A stretch of DNA of 63,264 nucleotides from Octopus bimaculoides (taxonomy: Eukaryota). Numbering within the stretch: position 1 is the stretch's first letter; each line of letters begins with the position of its first letter. Below, piece by piece: positions 1-11,792 of this stretch. The translations under genes were made by a program, and so were the position numbers. Location of the stretch: NCBI RefSeq assembly GCF_001194135.2, contig NC_068997.1, forward strand, positions 43,255,851 to 43,319,114, in the 5' to 3' direction. A model generated the notes under the pieces. It saw nothing but the letters and a program-made list of their open reading frames with translations. It made no database searches and had not been told where the DNA came from.

Positions 1-79
1 TATTTATATATATTTATATATATATAAAGAAAGAATAAGATAAAGAGACCAATGGCAATATATAAAGCAGGAATATTAG

Positions 80-285
80 TTTCAATTTTGGCACAAGACC
101 AGCAAGTTCCGAGGTGGGACTAAATCGTTTACATCGACCTCAGTGCGCAACTGGTACTTATTTTATTGACTTTGAAAGGATGAAAGGCTAAGTCGACCTC
201 GATGGAATTTCAACTCAGAACGGAAAGACGGATGAAATGCCGCTAAGCATTTTGTCCGGCGTGCTAACGATTCTGCCACCTTCTA
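80..285 (-). mobile_element. SINE family B (tRNA-related head ggcggcgagctggcagaatcgttagc)
   Basis: gaaaggatgaaaggctaagtcgacctc...ctaagcattttgtccggcgtgctaacgattctgcc; CpGs intact. Confidence 0.85.
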
Positions 286-1377
286 ATGGTACTTATATTG
301 ATAATTAACTGGAATATTGAACATTTATACATCATCGGTTGTAATTCCATTCACATCTCGGGTTGTATAAGAGGAATATTGTCCAAAATACTGTACTTGA
401 TAAATACTTTATTTTATCGACACCATAAATATGGAAGACAAAGTTGTCCCCGATCCAGTGACATAACTCGGGTATATGCCACCCGGATCAGTCCTCGAGT
501 CCCACATCTACTCAGTACAGCATATACATGCCTATGCGACAGACCACCCGTGAGTGCTTCCCCCATAAAAGCGTTATCCACCCTCTCCTTTCCCTAGCTA
601 CGCTTCTGTACCATTCAGCATCTCAGCTCAAGGTCTATATCACAATTTAGAATGTGAAAAGTCATAACTAAAGAACGCGAGGCATTTGTTCGACACACAC
701 GCCAGGTTATGACCTGGAGGGCTTTTTTTTTTTTTGTAAGGAATCACAGCGATAAGGAATTGTGAAATGTTGATGACTGGACCAGCAGTTACACATCTTA
801 ACGATGCAAACAATTTACGTGGTCACTCGCCCCGCTAGAAACAGTAGCCATACCTTCATTAAATAAAACATCACCGTCTTAAAAGGAAAGAAACGATAGG
901 CTTGAGACTGTAAACAAAGTCACTTTAAATGTGGTAAAAAAAAAGGATGAAGTCACGCCTGGAGTGACTTTAATCACAGAGCTACTCTAAGTTTACTCCA
1001 TCGGATTTAACTTGGTGCTAAGCATTCTCATCATTCTGATAAATACGGTCGTTGCTTTTAACTGCAAGTTAGCCCTGATCGAACATACTCGAGGCTACAT
1101 TATTCAATGTATTCTTTCTTTAAAATGGAAGGATGCAGTTTGGGAGTGATTTGGCTGCTATTTCTAATGGATCGAGTGATCATATTTCCTTGACAGATGA
1201 AATGCGATTTGTAAGCAAGGGGAAGTAACACTGGTTTATAGACCGTTGTATCATTTCCCCTGAGCGCGCTCTTTTCATTGTTATTCTACGATCTGACAGA
1301 ATATGCTGCTAAAATGTCATTTACAAACATCAAGTTGTATTTAAGTTAATAAATAGAAAATTTGTAATCAAAACAAT

Positions 1378-1683
1378 ATGCCATTCGGAATGAAGCCTGT
1401 GTGTTCTTCTTGTAAGTCGACGTCTTCGACAATGTGGCGCAAAGGAAGCCAAGGAGAAATCCTTTGTAATTCTTGTGGTGTCAAGTCCTGCAACAAAGAC
1501 AACCCAGACGGTGCCACTGGCAGCACAACCAATTCTACTAAAAACTCTACTTCTCATTCGTCATCTGCAGGACCAGTTCTTAGAAAAAGTTCCCGTATTC
1601 GTCCGACCAAAAATCGGATACAGACAACATCGAAATCGCTGGGGACCAAAGGCAAAAGTCGCCGAAATATTTTTAAGAAAACG
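1378..1683 (+). CDS. GATAD1: GATAD1 coding exon 1 (GATA-type zinc finger)
   Basis: ATG at 1378; ends ...AAA ACG|gtctgt, phase 0. Confidence 0.92.
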
Positions 1684-4600
1684 GTCTGTTTTGTTTTTGC
1701 ATTTGGTTTGCATGATTGCTTCTAATGATGTTGTTATTGTCGTTGTTGTAGATTGTGATGGCTGTGCTATCTTTATTCGTGTTATGATTGCTGTTTAACG
1801 CCGGGAGATTAGCCTTAATCAAGCATACAAGAAGTTGTCGTAGTCATGCTACCTTTTTTCTGTGACATCACTTTCCTAGAACTATATTTATTCAGTGTCC
1901 TTGTTTCTATTAAATACTATCATATGATTTAAAATAGATTTAAATGCTATTTCTAGAAAGTCGAGCTGACAGCGAAGAGACTAATTAGTTTAGAGATTAC
2001 CGCCGTTTGCTTACGGTGATTGCTGTTGCAGATATGTGAAATGTTTATTTGAACAAGAGATAGCCTCTTTCCGGGTTGTTCTTCATTTTCGTGTAATGAT
2101 TGAAGCGCATTATAAATGTTATGTATTGGTTGTTTTAGGTTTACATATTGTTTGAGGAAGAAATAAGTCAACCTCGGAAGCTGCTATCGTTTAGCCCCAC
2201 CTCAATTCTGATCAAACAGACGCACGAGCGAAAGACATTCTAAACGTAGCCATTTTATCATGTTTGTTTTCCAAACACGGTGCATCTAGGATCACACCAT
2301 CTAATATGTTCCCCTTTTTTTTTAAGACAATAGAATGGTATTTGAAAGAGAATCACGAAGCAGCTTTCCTACTATTTTACCAGTGATATAACACTGTATA
2401 ATGTGATATCTATATTCGCCTGATACATTCGTGGTGTGTGTATGGATCTATAATGTACGGTATATGTATATTTGTGTTATTTAGTGTGTATATATATATA
2501 TTTAGGTTTTGAATTGACTAATGTCTTTGATCTTCTGTAATCTTCCAGCATCCGATCAAAGCACCAACAGCTGTATCCACCATTGTGTCAGGGGACAGTG
2601 TTTTCTACAATGTAAGTTGAACCTTTCATTACTTTTAACAGCTAGTCCAAAAACATTCTAGGATTCAACACGATTGAGTATGAAAAGCTGCCTACATTAG
2701 ACAAGACCAAGCCACACAATACTACACACACACACAATTTAGTTTGAGGTGAAAAGTTTGTGGCCCAAACCTTTTCCAGGTCATTCATTGGCTTACTTTT
2801 GATAAACTTATCCTCAATACATAGAAAATGGAGAAGCTGAATGTGGTTTTGGTGGTAGAGTTAGTTGAAAAGTATACCTAGATATTTGCCTCGGTCTACT
2901 CGGCTAACAACAGCTTTAACTTCTTAACTGAGCAGTTTAACTGCATGGAAAGGCTTCATTAACTATTTTTCAGTTGTTCAAAATTTGCAAACCTTTCACA
3001 CCCATGCTAACATGGCAGAACTGGTTATAATAGAATTTGTTTTTTTTTAAATATGTCTTTGTGTCTGTTTGTCACCTCCATGCTGCTTGATAAGTGGTGT
3101 TGGTTTGTTTACATCTCTGTAACTCAGCAGTTCAGCAAAAGAGACCAGTAGAATAAGTACCAGACTTTTAAAATATACATAAGTATCAAGGTTAATTTGT
3201 TTGACTAAAACCCTTCAATGCTGTGCCCCAGCATGGCTGTGGTCCAATGACAATTGAAAGTTGAAAGATCCTCCTTCTATCTCTATATGATGTTAGTATG
3301 TTTAACCCTTTCATTACTGTATTTATTTTGAGATGCTATGTTTCTTTCAATTACTTTAAATATAACAAAAAATTTAGTAAAATAACTTAGTTATCATTCA
3401 GCTTGTGTTAGGAACATAAATTGCGTCTAAGGTTTGGTGGAAGATTTTGATTCAAAACCTACAAAAACAAGACATTTGTATGTAGAGCCAGAGCCGGTTT
3501 CAGCCAGATTGGTATCGAAAGGATTAACATGCTTTCTTTCTTAATTACCTGCAGCTAGTGATTTCACCTTCACCATTGCCTCCTTCTCCTCCACCTGTTT
3601 CTCTTTCTTGGTATGAGTTTAACAGGTTTGCCATACAATATATTGGCCTTCTACTGAATCACATATACTTCATCTAGAAGTCAGACCATCCTGAGATATC
3701 ACTTCACCAAATCTCTCCATGTGTTTTTTTCCTCCGTCATATGTGCATTCCACAGTCAGCTTGCAGCAATTAAACACCTGTGATGGTGCCACGTAAAAAA
3801 CACTGGTGTTGGTGCCCCATAAAAAGCACCCAAAACATTATAAAGTGGCTGGTATTAGGAAGAGTATCCCGTTGTAGATACCAAGTCAAAGCAGACAATG
3901 GAGCCTGGTGCAGCTCCTGACAAACCATCCAACTCATGCCAGCATAGAAAACTGACATTAAATGATGATGTGAGTATAGCAGCAGTCATCTCTCTTCCTG
4001 CATAAATCGTCTGACCTGGCCACTCCCTCAACATTACACATCATTAAGGAAGATGTTACATAGCTTCTTCAAATGCAGTCACTACATGCAAGTCTGCCAC
4101 TCCCATGTGGGCCTGTACAGCCACAGCAGATGCTGCACTGCTATCAGCTGACTCAAATTCTCCAGGCACAAATACATGGTCTTTTGAAACCAACAGATGC
4201 CTGTCTGATATATATGTTATGGGCTTCTACACAGTTTCCAACTTTGATCATAGGTTATCTGGATCAGAGCTGATCTAGAGCTAAACAGCACTGCCAATAT
4301 CCTAGTTATGATATTTTCTATACTTCTGCTACCACATCATCACTATTTAGGTCACTTAAGTAACAGAAACTATCAACACAGATTTCTTTTCCCTACTATG
4401 ACTGTATGGGTGGTGTAGCAAATTTGTGCCAATTGCTGAGAGCCAGCTTAATTCTTTTTGAAATATATATCTAACAAAATGCAAGATGTGGTTTGATTAA
4501 TTTTGAAAATATTCAAGAAATTAAGAGAAATTTAGTTAAATAACTAATTTGTTCATTTTTAAGCTGGTGTTTGTTGCATAACTTAACAAAAACACCACCA

Positions 4601-5881
4601 CCTAAGACCTTGGGTACTTTATTGCAAACATTAGGGCCAGGTTTCCAATCTGAGGATACTTCCCTCCTTCCTCCAGTCTTGGAAGACTTGTAACAGTCCG
4701 TGGCTAAAAGGTAAAGAAAAGAACAGTTGTTACATAAAATTATGATGGCAAGTTTTAATTAAGAACTAACTCTTAAGTATTCAGATTATTCAGTCAAATA
4801 TATTGCTTAATTTATTCACTTTGTATTGAATTAATCCTGCATTGTCTCTTAGCTTTAGCTTTGAGATTTTGATGATGTGATTCTTTACTTTTAGAATGAC
4901 ATTCTAGAGTAGATTTGAAAAACCAGATCTGGCCAGTTTTAACATAAAACAAATAGAATATTTGGGCTGGATATGGTTGGTTTAAATGCTAAAGGGTTAA
5001 ACAAGGAATGAAACCCTTCTGCTCTGCTTCTAGTCACAGTTAATTGGCACAGACAAGATATGAGTGGCTTTTCGGCCCAACTGACCAGCACTCTATCTAC
5101 TCACCTAACTCTAAATATTATTTGATAGTAATTTCTTATGTCTAATTTTTTTCAATTTTCTCGATTCCCTAGGGTTTGTACTATCAGGTCGGTGATATAG
5201 TTTCCCTCCTTGATGACGATGGACAGTCTGTATACTATGCACAATTACGAGGTTTGTTACAAGATCAATATAATGAAAAGAGTGCAGTTATTTCCTGGCT
5301 GCTTCCTACACAGTCAAGCCCCAAAAATCGCTTTGATCCCAGCACATATATCTTAGGTAAGTAATTCCTTTTTATTTATGTATTCTTTTATGAACTTATA
5401 TGTATCAGCGTGACAATGAAACCTTAACCTAGTTACAATACACATACATATTCACTATACAGTCTGGTTTATGAACAAATAATTATCTGATATATGGAAT
5501 TGTATCCATAAGTATTTAGTTTCACTGTGGAATTAGACCCTTAAGGTCTTTGCAACGGCTTAGATTGAGAATTGAATTGACAGTAAATTTGCTTCTTTGC
5601 AATCTATTTACATTAAATCTAGAAGGCTATTTTAATCTAGTACTGATACTGTTGCATATAGTGCGGGTGGCACATAAAAGACACCATTTCGAGCGTGGCC
5701 GTTTTCGTGCGGGTGACATGTAAAAGCACCCACTACACTCTCTGAGTGGTTGGCGTTAGGAAGGGCATCCAGCTGTAGAAACTCTGCCAAATTTAGACTG
5801 GAGCCTGGTGTTGCCATCCGGTTTCACCAGTCCTCAGTCAAATCGTCCAACCCATGCTAGCATGGAAAGCGGACGTTAAAC

Positions 5882-5913
<32 letters not shown>

Positions 5914-6345
5914 CATTTTTATTTAGCAAGATGAAAACAAATAAGGGAGATAACTCCAACAATTTTATAGATTAGTTTGCTTCTGGTCTTTGAAATTTTG
6001 TAGATTCGTTTGCTTCTGGTCTTTGAAGCTTTCTGGTACTCTTGTTAATTTATGTTCTCTTCATGTTACATTGCAGGACCAGAAGAAGATTTGCCACGCA
6101 AGTTGGAGTTTATGGAATTTGTGTGCCATGCCCCATCTGACTATTACAAGTGCTTCAAACAGCCATACCCTTGCAGGACAAACACACCTGAACTCAGCTA
6201 CGTCTGGAGCCCTTTCCAGCCTTGCATTCGCATTGTGCCATCTAAAGATGAGATATTCGACACTAAACACTGTCCCAAAAAGACCGAGAAGTTGAAACCA
6301 GATAAAAAAGACAAACACACAGACAAAGAGAAAGAAACTCATTAG
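1378..6345 (+). CDS. GATAD1: GATA zinc finger domain-containing protein 1, join(1378..1683,2549..2611,5173..5356,6077..6345), 273 aa
   Basis: N-terminal C-x2-C-x17-C-x2-C finger (CSSCKSTSSTMWRKGSQGEILCNSC), then KGKSRRNIFK-T-HPIKAP, YYQVGDIVS, YYAQLRG..QDQY.EKSA..WLLPT and GPEEDLPRKLEFMEFVCHAPSDYY, all matching the GATAD1 family as I know it. All three introns are GT-AG, phases 0,0,1; total 822 nt. Confidence 0.96.
2549..2611 (+). CDS. GATAD1: GATAD1 coding exon 2 (HPIKAPTAVSTIVSGDSVFYN)
   Basis: tcttccag| acceptor and |gtaagt donor; 63 nt; too short for the ORF track. Confidence 0.95.
3302..3527. mobile_element. piggyBac-type MITE
   Basis: TTAA-CCCTTTC ... GAAAGGA-TTAA termini. Confidence 0.7.
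3775..3970 (+). mobile_element. RTE-LINE 3'-UTR-derived repeat (family A), old copy
   Basis: aaaagcaccc...gacattaaatgatgatg tail. Confidence 0.7.
5173..5356 (+). CDS. GATAD1: GATAD1 coding exon 3
   Basis: ccctag|GGT TTG TAC TAT...TTA G|gtaagt. Confidence 0.96.
5655..5912 (+). mobile_element. Family A repeat (RTE 3' end), young copy
   Basis: ggcgttaggaagggcatccagctgtagaaac...ggaaagcggacgttaaac(gat)n. Confidence 0.9.
5961..6026. repeat. 33-bp tandem duplication upstream of the GATAD1 exon 4 acceptor
   Basis: aattttatagattagtttgcttctggtctttga / aattttgtagattcgtttgcttctggtctttga. Confidence 0.9.
6077..6345 (+). CDS. GATAD1: GATAD1 coding exon 4 (terminal)
   Basis: ttgcag|GA CCA GAA GAA GAT...CAT TAG. 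Confidence 0.95.
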
Positions 6346-6401
6346 ATTATGTAGAAATAAAGGATTCTTTTCATTTTAATTTTTAGTAAAATTCCTGAGT
6401 T

Positions 6402-6437
<36 letters not shown>

Positions 6438-6980
6438 CACATGTTGCTAGAATGTGTGAATGCATGAAACAGGTTACTAATGAGATTATATTTATTCAAA
6501 TGATTAACCTCTACAAATAGAAATCAGAAAATTGCTGAAACCAACAGAAATACATATATGTTGAATTCTATTAAACTGTTGTTTAGCCTAAGGTCAGCCT
6601 TGGTTGAGAAGACCTATACTCAGACATACCAGCCATGAATATTCGTCTTTGATTTATATTTAATGTATCTAGGATGATGATATCTAATGTGAGGAAAATT
6701 TGGCTGCTATTTCAAGCAGGCCATCACAATAAAGAGACTTACTCTTTCAATTCATTATGTCGACACTTTTAGCATTTAAACTGGTCATATCAAGCCCAAA
6801 TACTCTACATGTTTTATGTTGAATCTGGCCTCTCACACCTACCCTACAATGTCATTCTAAAAATAAACCAATTACATCCAAAGCTACAAGACAATGCATG
6901 ATTAATTCAAAACAATGTGAATATCTAAGCATTACATTTGGTAACTTTATTGTTAAAAGAGTTAACATTGCAGATATGTA

Positions 6981-7700
6981 TTGGGTCATCCCATAAATAA
7001 TGCAATTTTTTTATACTTCTTTTATTTTTCGAAATTAAGATAAAAAAAGTTCTTTTTTAATCTAAAATATACACTCCTTCATTTTCTACAATTCTCTTCC
7101 ATCTATCTGGTAGACTTGCAAGGCCCCTCTTCCAAAATTCACTTATCCGTGATGAAAAATACTCCTCCAGTACTGTTCTGACCTCATCTACAGGATTCAT
7201 ATATTTTCCGTTCAAATTATTTTGAAGACTGTGGAATAAATGATAATCAGATAGGGTAATGTCCAGTGAATATGGTGGCTGGGGCATTGTTTCCTATTCA
7301 AACTGTTCCAGCCTTTGGAATGTCATCCCCACTGTATGTGACCGAGCACTATCCTGATGGAAGAACCTTTCGCCTTGAACCCAAAGATGGTCGTTTTCCT
7401 TCTAGTGCTGACTTGAATGACCAAATCCAAGTTGATGCAAGTAGTTTATCTCATCCCCCTCCAACTTTTAGTTCATGCAATTGGAAACACCGCATTATTT
7501 ACGGAATGGCCCCAATATGTTGGCAATATTGATTGCTGCGGTATACAAGCTGTATGTTGAACACTGCTATCTATTGACTGTTTATGATGACTTCTTGTAA
7601 ACTTGAGTTAACTTCCACCATAAAATGACAGTTTCTGTAGGTTTGCAGAGTAGTTATATATTGAGTTTATTCAGGTTGTCAAGAAATGTATATTGACAGT
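6981..7700 (-). mobile_element. Mariner transposon remnant (3' half)
   Basis: PQPPYSLDITLSDYHLFHSLQNNLNG...LPDRWKRIVENEG (degenerate HPPYSPDLAPSDY); terminal TA+ttgggtcatcccataaataatgc. Confidence 0.85.
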
Positions 7701-8039
7701 GTACGTATGTTGTAACTTTCACTGAATCTTAACAAGCAACAAGAATGGTAGAAACATCTGGCCTAGGGTTGTAACATTTGACTCAAATGTTGTGTGGGAG
7801 TTTTGTCACCTACAGCGATGGGCGACACCCAGGCAGCTCTGGTGTTGTGAAGGAAGGGGCCAAAACACATACAGAGCTGCTGCAACACCTGATAAGACAT
7901 CAATACCTGCATTCAGAGACAGAGTAAAGCTGCACCCTCAGCATGCAAGTGTTTTCCCTAAATATATCGTACAATTTCAATGTAAAAGTGTATCAAGATG
8001 TTTTGTAAGGCACAAACAAATAATCACCACCTAGAGTTG

Positions 8040-8420
8040 CTGTTGGCACTCCATCGCTTACGACGTCGAGGGTTCCAGTTGATACGATCAACGGAACAGC
8101 CTGCTCGTGAAATTAACGTGCAAGTGGCTGAGCACTCCACAGACACGTGTACCCTTAAAAAATTTCTCTGGGATATTCAACGTGACACAGTGTGACAAGG
8201 CTGGCCCTTTGAAATACAGGTACAACAGCAACAAGAAGAAAGAGTGAGAGAAAGTTGTGGAGGAAGAGTACAGCAGGGTTCGCCACCATCCCCTGTCAGA
8301 GCCTCGTGGAGCTTTAGGTGTTTTCGCTCAATAAACACCCACAACACCCGGTTTGGGAATCGAAACCACGATCCTATGACCGCGAGTCCGCTGCCCTAAC
8401 CACTGGGCATTTCGCCTCCA
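8040..8420 (-). mobile_element. tRNA-derived SINE family D
   Basis: Minus-strand head ggaggcgaaatgcccagtggttagggcagcggactcgcggtcataggatcgtggtttcgattccc with A/B boxes, followed by a non-tRNA body. Confidence 0.85.
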
Positions 8421-8589
8421 CTCACAACCTAGAACTCAATATAGAAAAGATGTGAACTAAGGAAAAGAAAACTTTTTAATTAGTGAATCTGTTCACATCA
8501 AAACAGAATACCCACATTACTGTAAAAGATTTATTTAAATTACTACTGTACAAATGTTTCCATAATGGACTACAGTAAGTTCATATATA

Positions 8590-9125
8590 TAAGTTCAGAG
8601 TTATTACCTCTGTCAATAGCAAAAAGCTTTTCTCTCAGAGAGAAAAGCAGATTGTATGATGCTCGTGTACAAACAGTGATGCTACATAGTAGTGAAACAT
8701 GGCCTGTGAATGTAGAGGATATGCTAAGACTAAAAAGGAAAATGAAGCTAGCATGCTCCATTGGACATGTGTCAGTATGCATACATGACAAAGTGCAAAG
8801 GCTTGGAAGAAATGAAACCAGCATGCTCTGCTGAATGTGCACGTGGGATGGGGTATAAATATTTTAAGAAAGAATTGGGCATAAGATATATTAGATGTAG
8901 TAAGAGGGAAGCCTGCACTGGTTTGGTCATGTGATGCATATGGATGAGGACAGCTGCATAAAGTGCCAACCACTAAATGTCGATAAGACCTGTGGAAGCA
9001 GGAAGACAGGGAATGAAATAGTGAAGATTGACCACAGGATGTTGAGCTTCGCAGAAGAGATGACAGAGGATTGAAATGACTGGCAATAGACTATATTCAA
9101 GAACACATCTACTGCAGCAAAACTG
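8590..9125 (+). mobile_element. Degenerate RTE-clade LINE 3' coding fragment
   Basis: KSRLYDARVQTVMLHSSETWPV (RTE post-RT LYG.ETW motif); frameshifted. Confidence 0.8.
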
Positions 9126-9801
9126 AGGTCCTAAAAGCATATTGCTTTGTCTATACCCTTACATTCAAGCTGTCCCCACAAACCAACTTCCCATCACCCT
9201 TCTAACTATAGCACTAGCTCAGCTGCTGTAATTATAATTGTATAAGAGCAGAGATGCACCATGTGCAGTAAGTTCACCGTCATCAATTCACCACAAGGAA
9301 ACTATTAATGGTGAGATACTATGGATATATTTTCTTGGTAAACTTTCTTCCCAGAGAATTGATAGCAGTGAACTTACTTGTATTCGAGATGCACATATTT
9401 CATCCCCATACTTTGGTGTTCCTACTTTCCCATCTCTTTGGAACTACCTCCCCATGTCACCCACCCTACATTTTCAATATCATCCCATACCACTATTGAA
9501 CATCATTTCATATTGGCCATCAACCCACCCTTGTTCATTATTCTCACTACCTTGGATTTCCACCCTTGTTGCTGAAGTCTTCCCCACCCCCACCCCAACA
9601 CTTCACATCATCCCTTTATTTCATGTCAATAAGGTTTTTGTTACAATGCTGCTCCCCACTCATCCTTTTATTTTGCGCTGCCACTTATCACTAGTGAACT
9701 GACCCTTTATTTGACCAGACAAAATTGTAGTGTTGTCTACCAGTGGTGACCATAATGTCATTTGACCAGATACAACTAAGGGACTAAATGTATAGAGTTT
9801 T

Positions 9802-10140
9802 GAAGGCACATGACTCAGTGGTTAGAATATCAAGCTCACAATCATGAGGTAGGGAGTTCAATTCCTGGACTGGGTGGTGGGTTATGTTCTTGAGCAAGAC
9901 ACTTTATTTCATGTTGCTCCAGTTCACTCAGCTGTAGAAATGAGCTGCAATGTCACTAGTGCCAAGCTGTATCAGCCTTTGCCTTTCCCTTGGATAACAT
10001 TGGTGGCATGGAGAGGGAAGGCTGAAATGCATGGGCAACTGCTGGTCTTTCATAAACAACTTTGCCCAGACTTGTACCTTGGAGGGGACTTTTCTAAATA
10101 CAATCCCATGGTCATTCATGACTGAAGGGGGTCTTTACCA
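9802..10140 (+). mobile_element. tRNA-derived SINE (D-related subfamily), decayed
   Basis: gaaggcacatgactcagtggttag...cttgagcaagacactt...; paralogue of 50812-51145. Confidence 0.82.
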
Positions 10141-10650
10141 CTTTACGAGAGACCACAAAGCTTACTTGACTTACATAGGTGCTACTCAATGTTTGCAAGT
10201 AGTTTCAAGCAATCAACCAAACTGACCATCTCTGAAAAGATGGACAATTTGAAAAACAATAAACACAAAAGGAAGTTTTAATATCAAGAACTTATTTAAA
10301 AAAATACATTTTTTTTCTTTCTTTCAAAACAAGATGGGTACATAAGGTTGTTTAAAGTTCAATTTCGAAAAAAGAAAAACAAAATTTATGGTATAAGCTA
10401 CGAATCCATATCACTTCCAATAGAACAGCTTTTCAACATGGAACCATATTCTGAATGGAATGCAAGTTGCTCTACTATATTTGCCTGAGACACAGTCCCC
10501 ATGGCCAAGTTCTTCCCAGAAGTTTCACATCTCAAGTCAATTCCAGTTGATGCTATTCAGCCATTTCAACTCAAATCTCAACATAAAACTTCTACTGAAG
10601 AAACCACAAGAGTCAATATCCAAAAATTCAACAGCATTTGCTAACGTAAC

Positions 10651-10683
<33 letters not shown>

Positions 10684-11667
10684 CTTTACAGATTACTAGT
10701 AGAAACATATATTTGTCTTTATTGAAAAACACTGTTCAATGTGATCGTTATCATCAGTTTAAAAATAGGATTATCCTGCTGCCAGTGCATTAGGAGGTAT
10801 GTGCAGTGATTATATTCTGTGTATCAAGATGGATTGATTGAAGCTGAAGGGAACTGCTAATTACTATCATCAAGGTCAGGAGGTATTACATTAACATGAA
10901 GTCTACACTCTATACTGAAGCATTAGACTCATTTCATACATACTCATTTGCACAAGACTATATCCAAGAAAAATTTGTCTGTCAACATTTTCCTGTTATT
11001 CACAGATCATACCCAAAGACCATCAATCAGCGTTCACACCTATTTCCAAATTTCCTCCTACCTGAAGATAAATGATTCCCAAGATCAGTAATGTAAATTA
11101 TATAGAAATAAATCTTAACTTAAAGAACTCATCTGTTATTATAACATCATAAAAAGATTTTAAATGCATTTCTTAATTTTCATGTCTGCTGTTCATGAAG
11201 AATTTCAAGTAGTTGTCTTCTACCTACAAAGATGTCTAGTTGCAGACAAGGAAACTCACAAACATCCTTCAAATACGCACTGATTAACAATTCCTCAAAT
11301 ATATATCACAAGCAGAGTTGGTATTTGGAAGGAAAATTTTTGCTTTGATTATACAGACAAACTGCAAAAAGAGAGAACTTATTTATATTTCCTATCAGTA
11401 TTAAATCCATCCAATAAACATGAAATGTTGAAATTTTACCCTGAAATTTTTCAATACTAAAATTTTTTTAAAAAAATTCAAAGATGGTTTAATTTTACTA
11501 TAAAATAAATAATTCAAAGATGCAAATTTTAAAATCTTCCTAACAATTTTTTTTCACTTGCGGAGCACCCAAAGACGAGTAAATTTCCATGAAGTGTGGG
11601 GCAGTTAAATTTTTCTAAATTATTTCTTTCTTGCTATAAAATATTTTGATTAGGTAATGTTAGTTTA

Positions 11668-11792
11668 TCAGGAAGTTTTGTAGTTTTTAGACAATCTTTC
11701 ATTCCGCTTAAGAAATTTTTTCTTGAAATACTCATAAGAACTAATCATTATTGCACAAGCAGGAGCAACTTTCACAAGGCGTGGCACCAATC
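11668..11792 (-). CDS. SLC25A40: SLC25A39/40 coding exon 9 (terminal)
   Basis: gtctag|GA TTG GTG CCA CGC...ACT TCC TGA; not in the ORF track. Confidence 0.95.

Noticed and set aside
286-597. 103-aa ORF; the opposite strand has faint RT-like wording (LSHRHVYAVLSRCG)
   Set aside because: No splice support or clear motif; at best a very old LINE fragment, too weak to call.
8330-8420. tRNA-like sequences (also at 50812, 54290 and others)
   Set aside because: They are SINE heads continuing into SINE bodies, with no complete acceptor stem.
9238-9702. 154-aa ORF between the two genes
   Set aside because: TTG start, low-complexity pyrimidine-rich sequence and no recognisable motif; probably decayed repeat.
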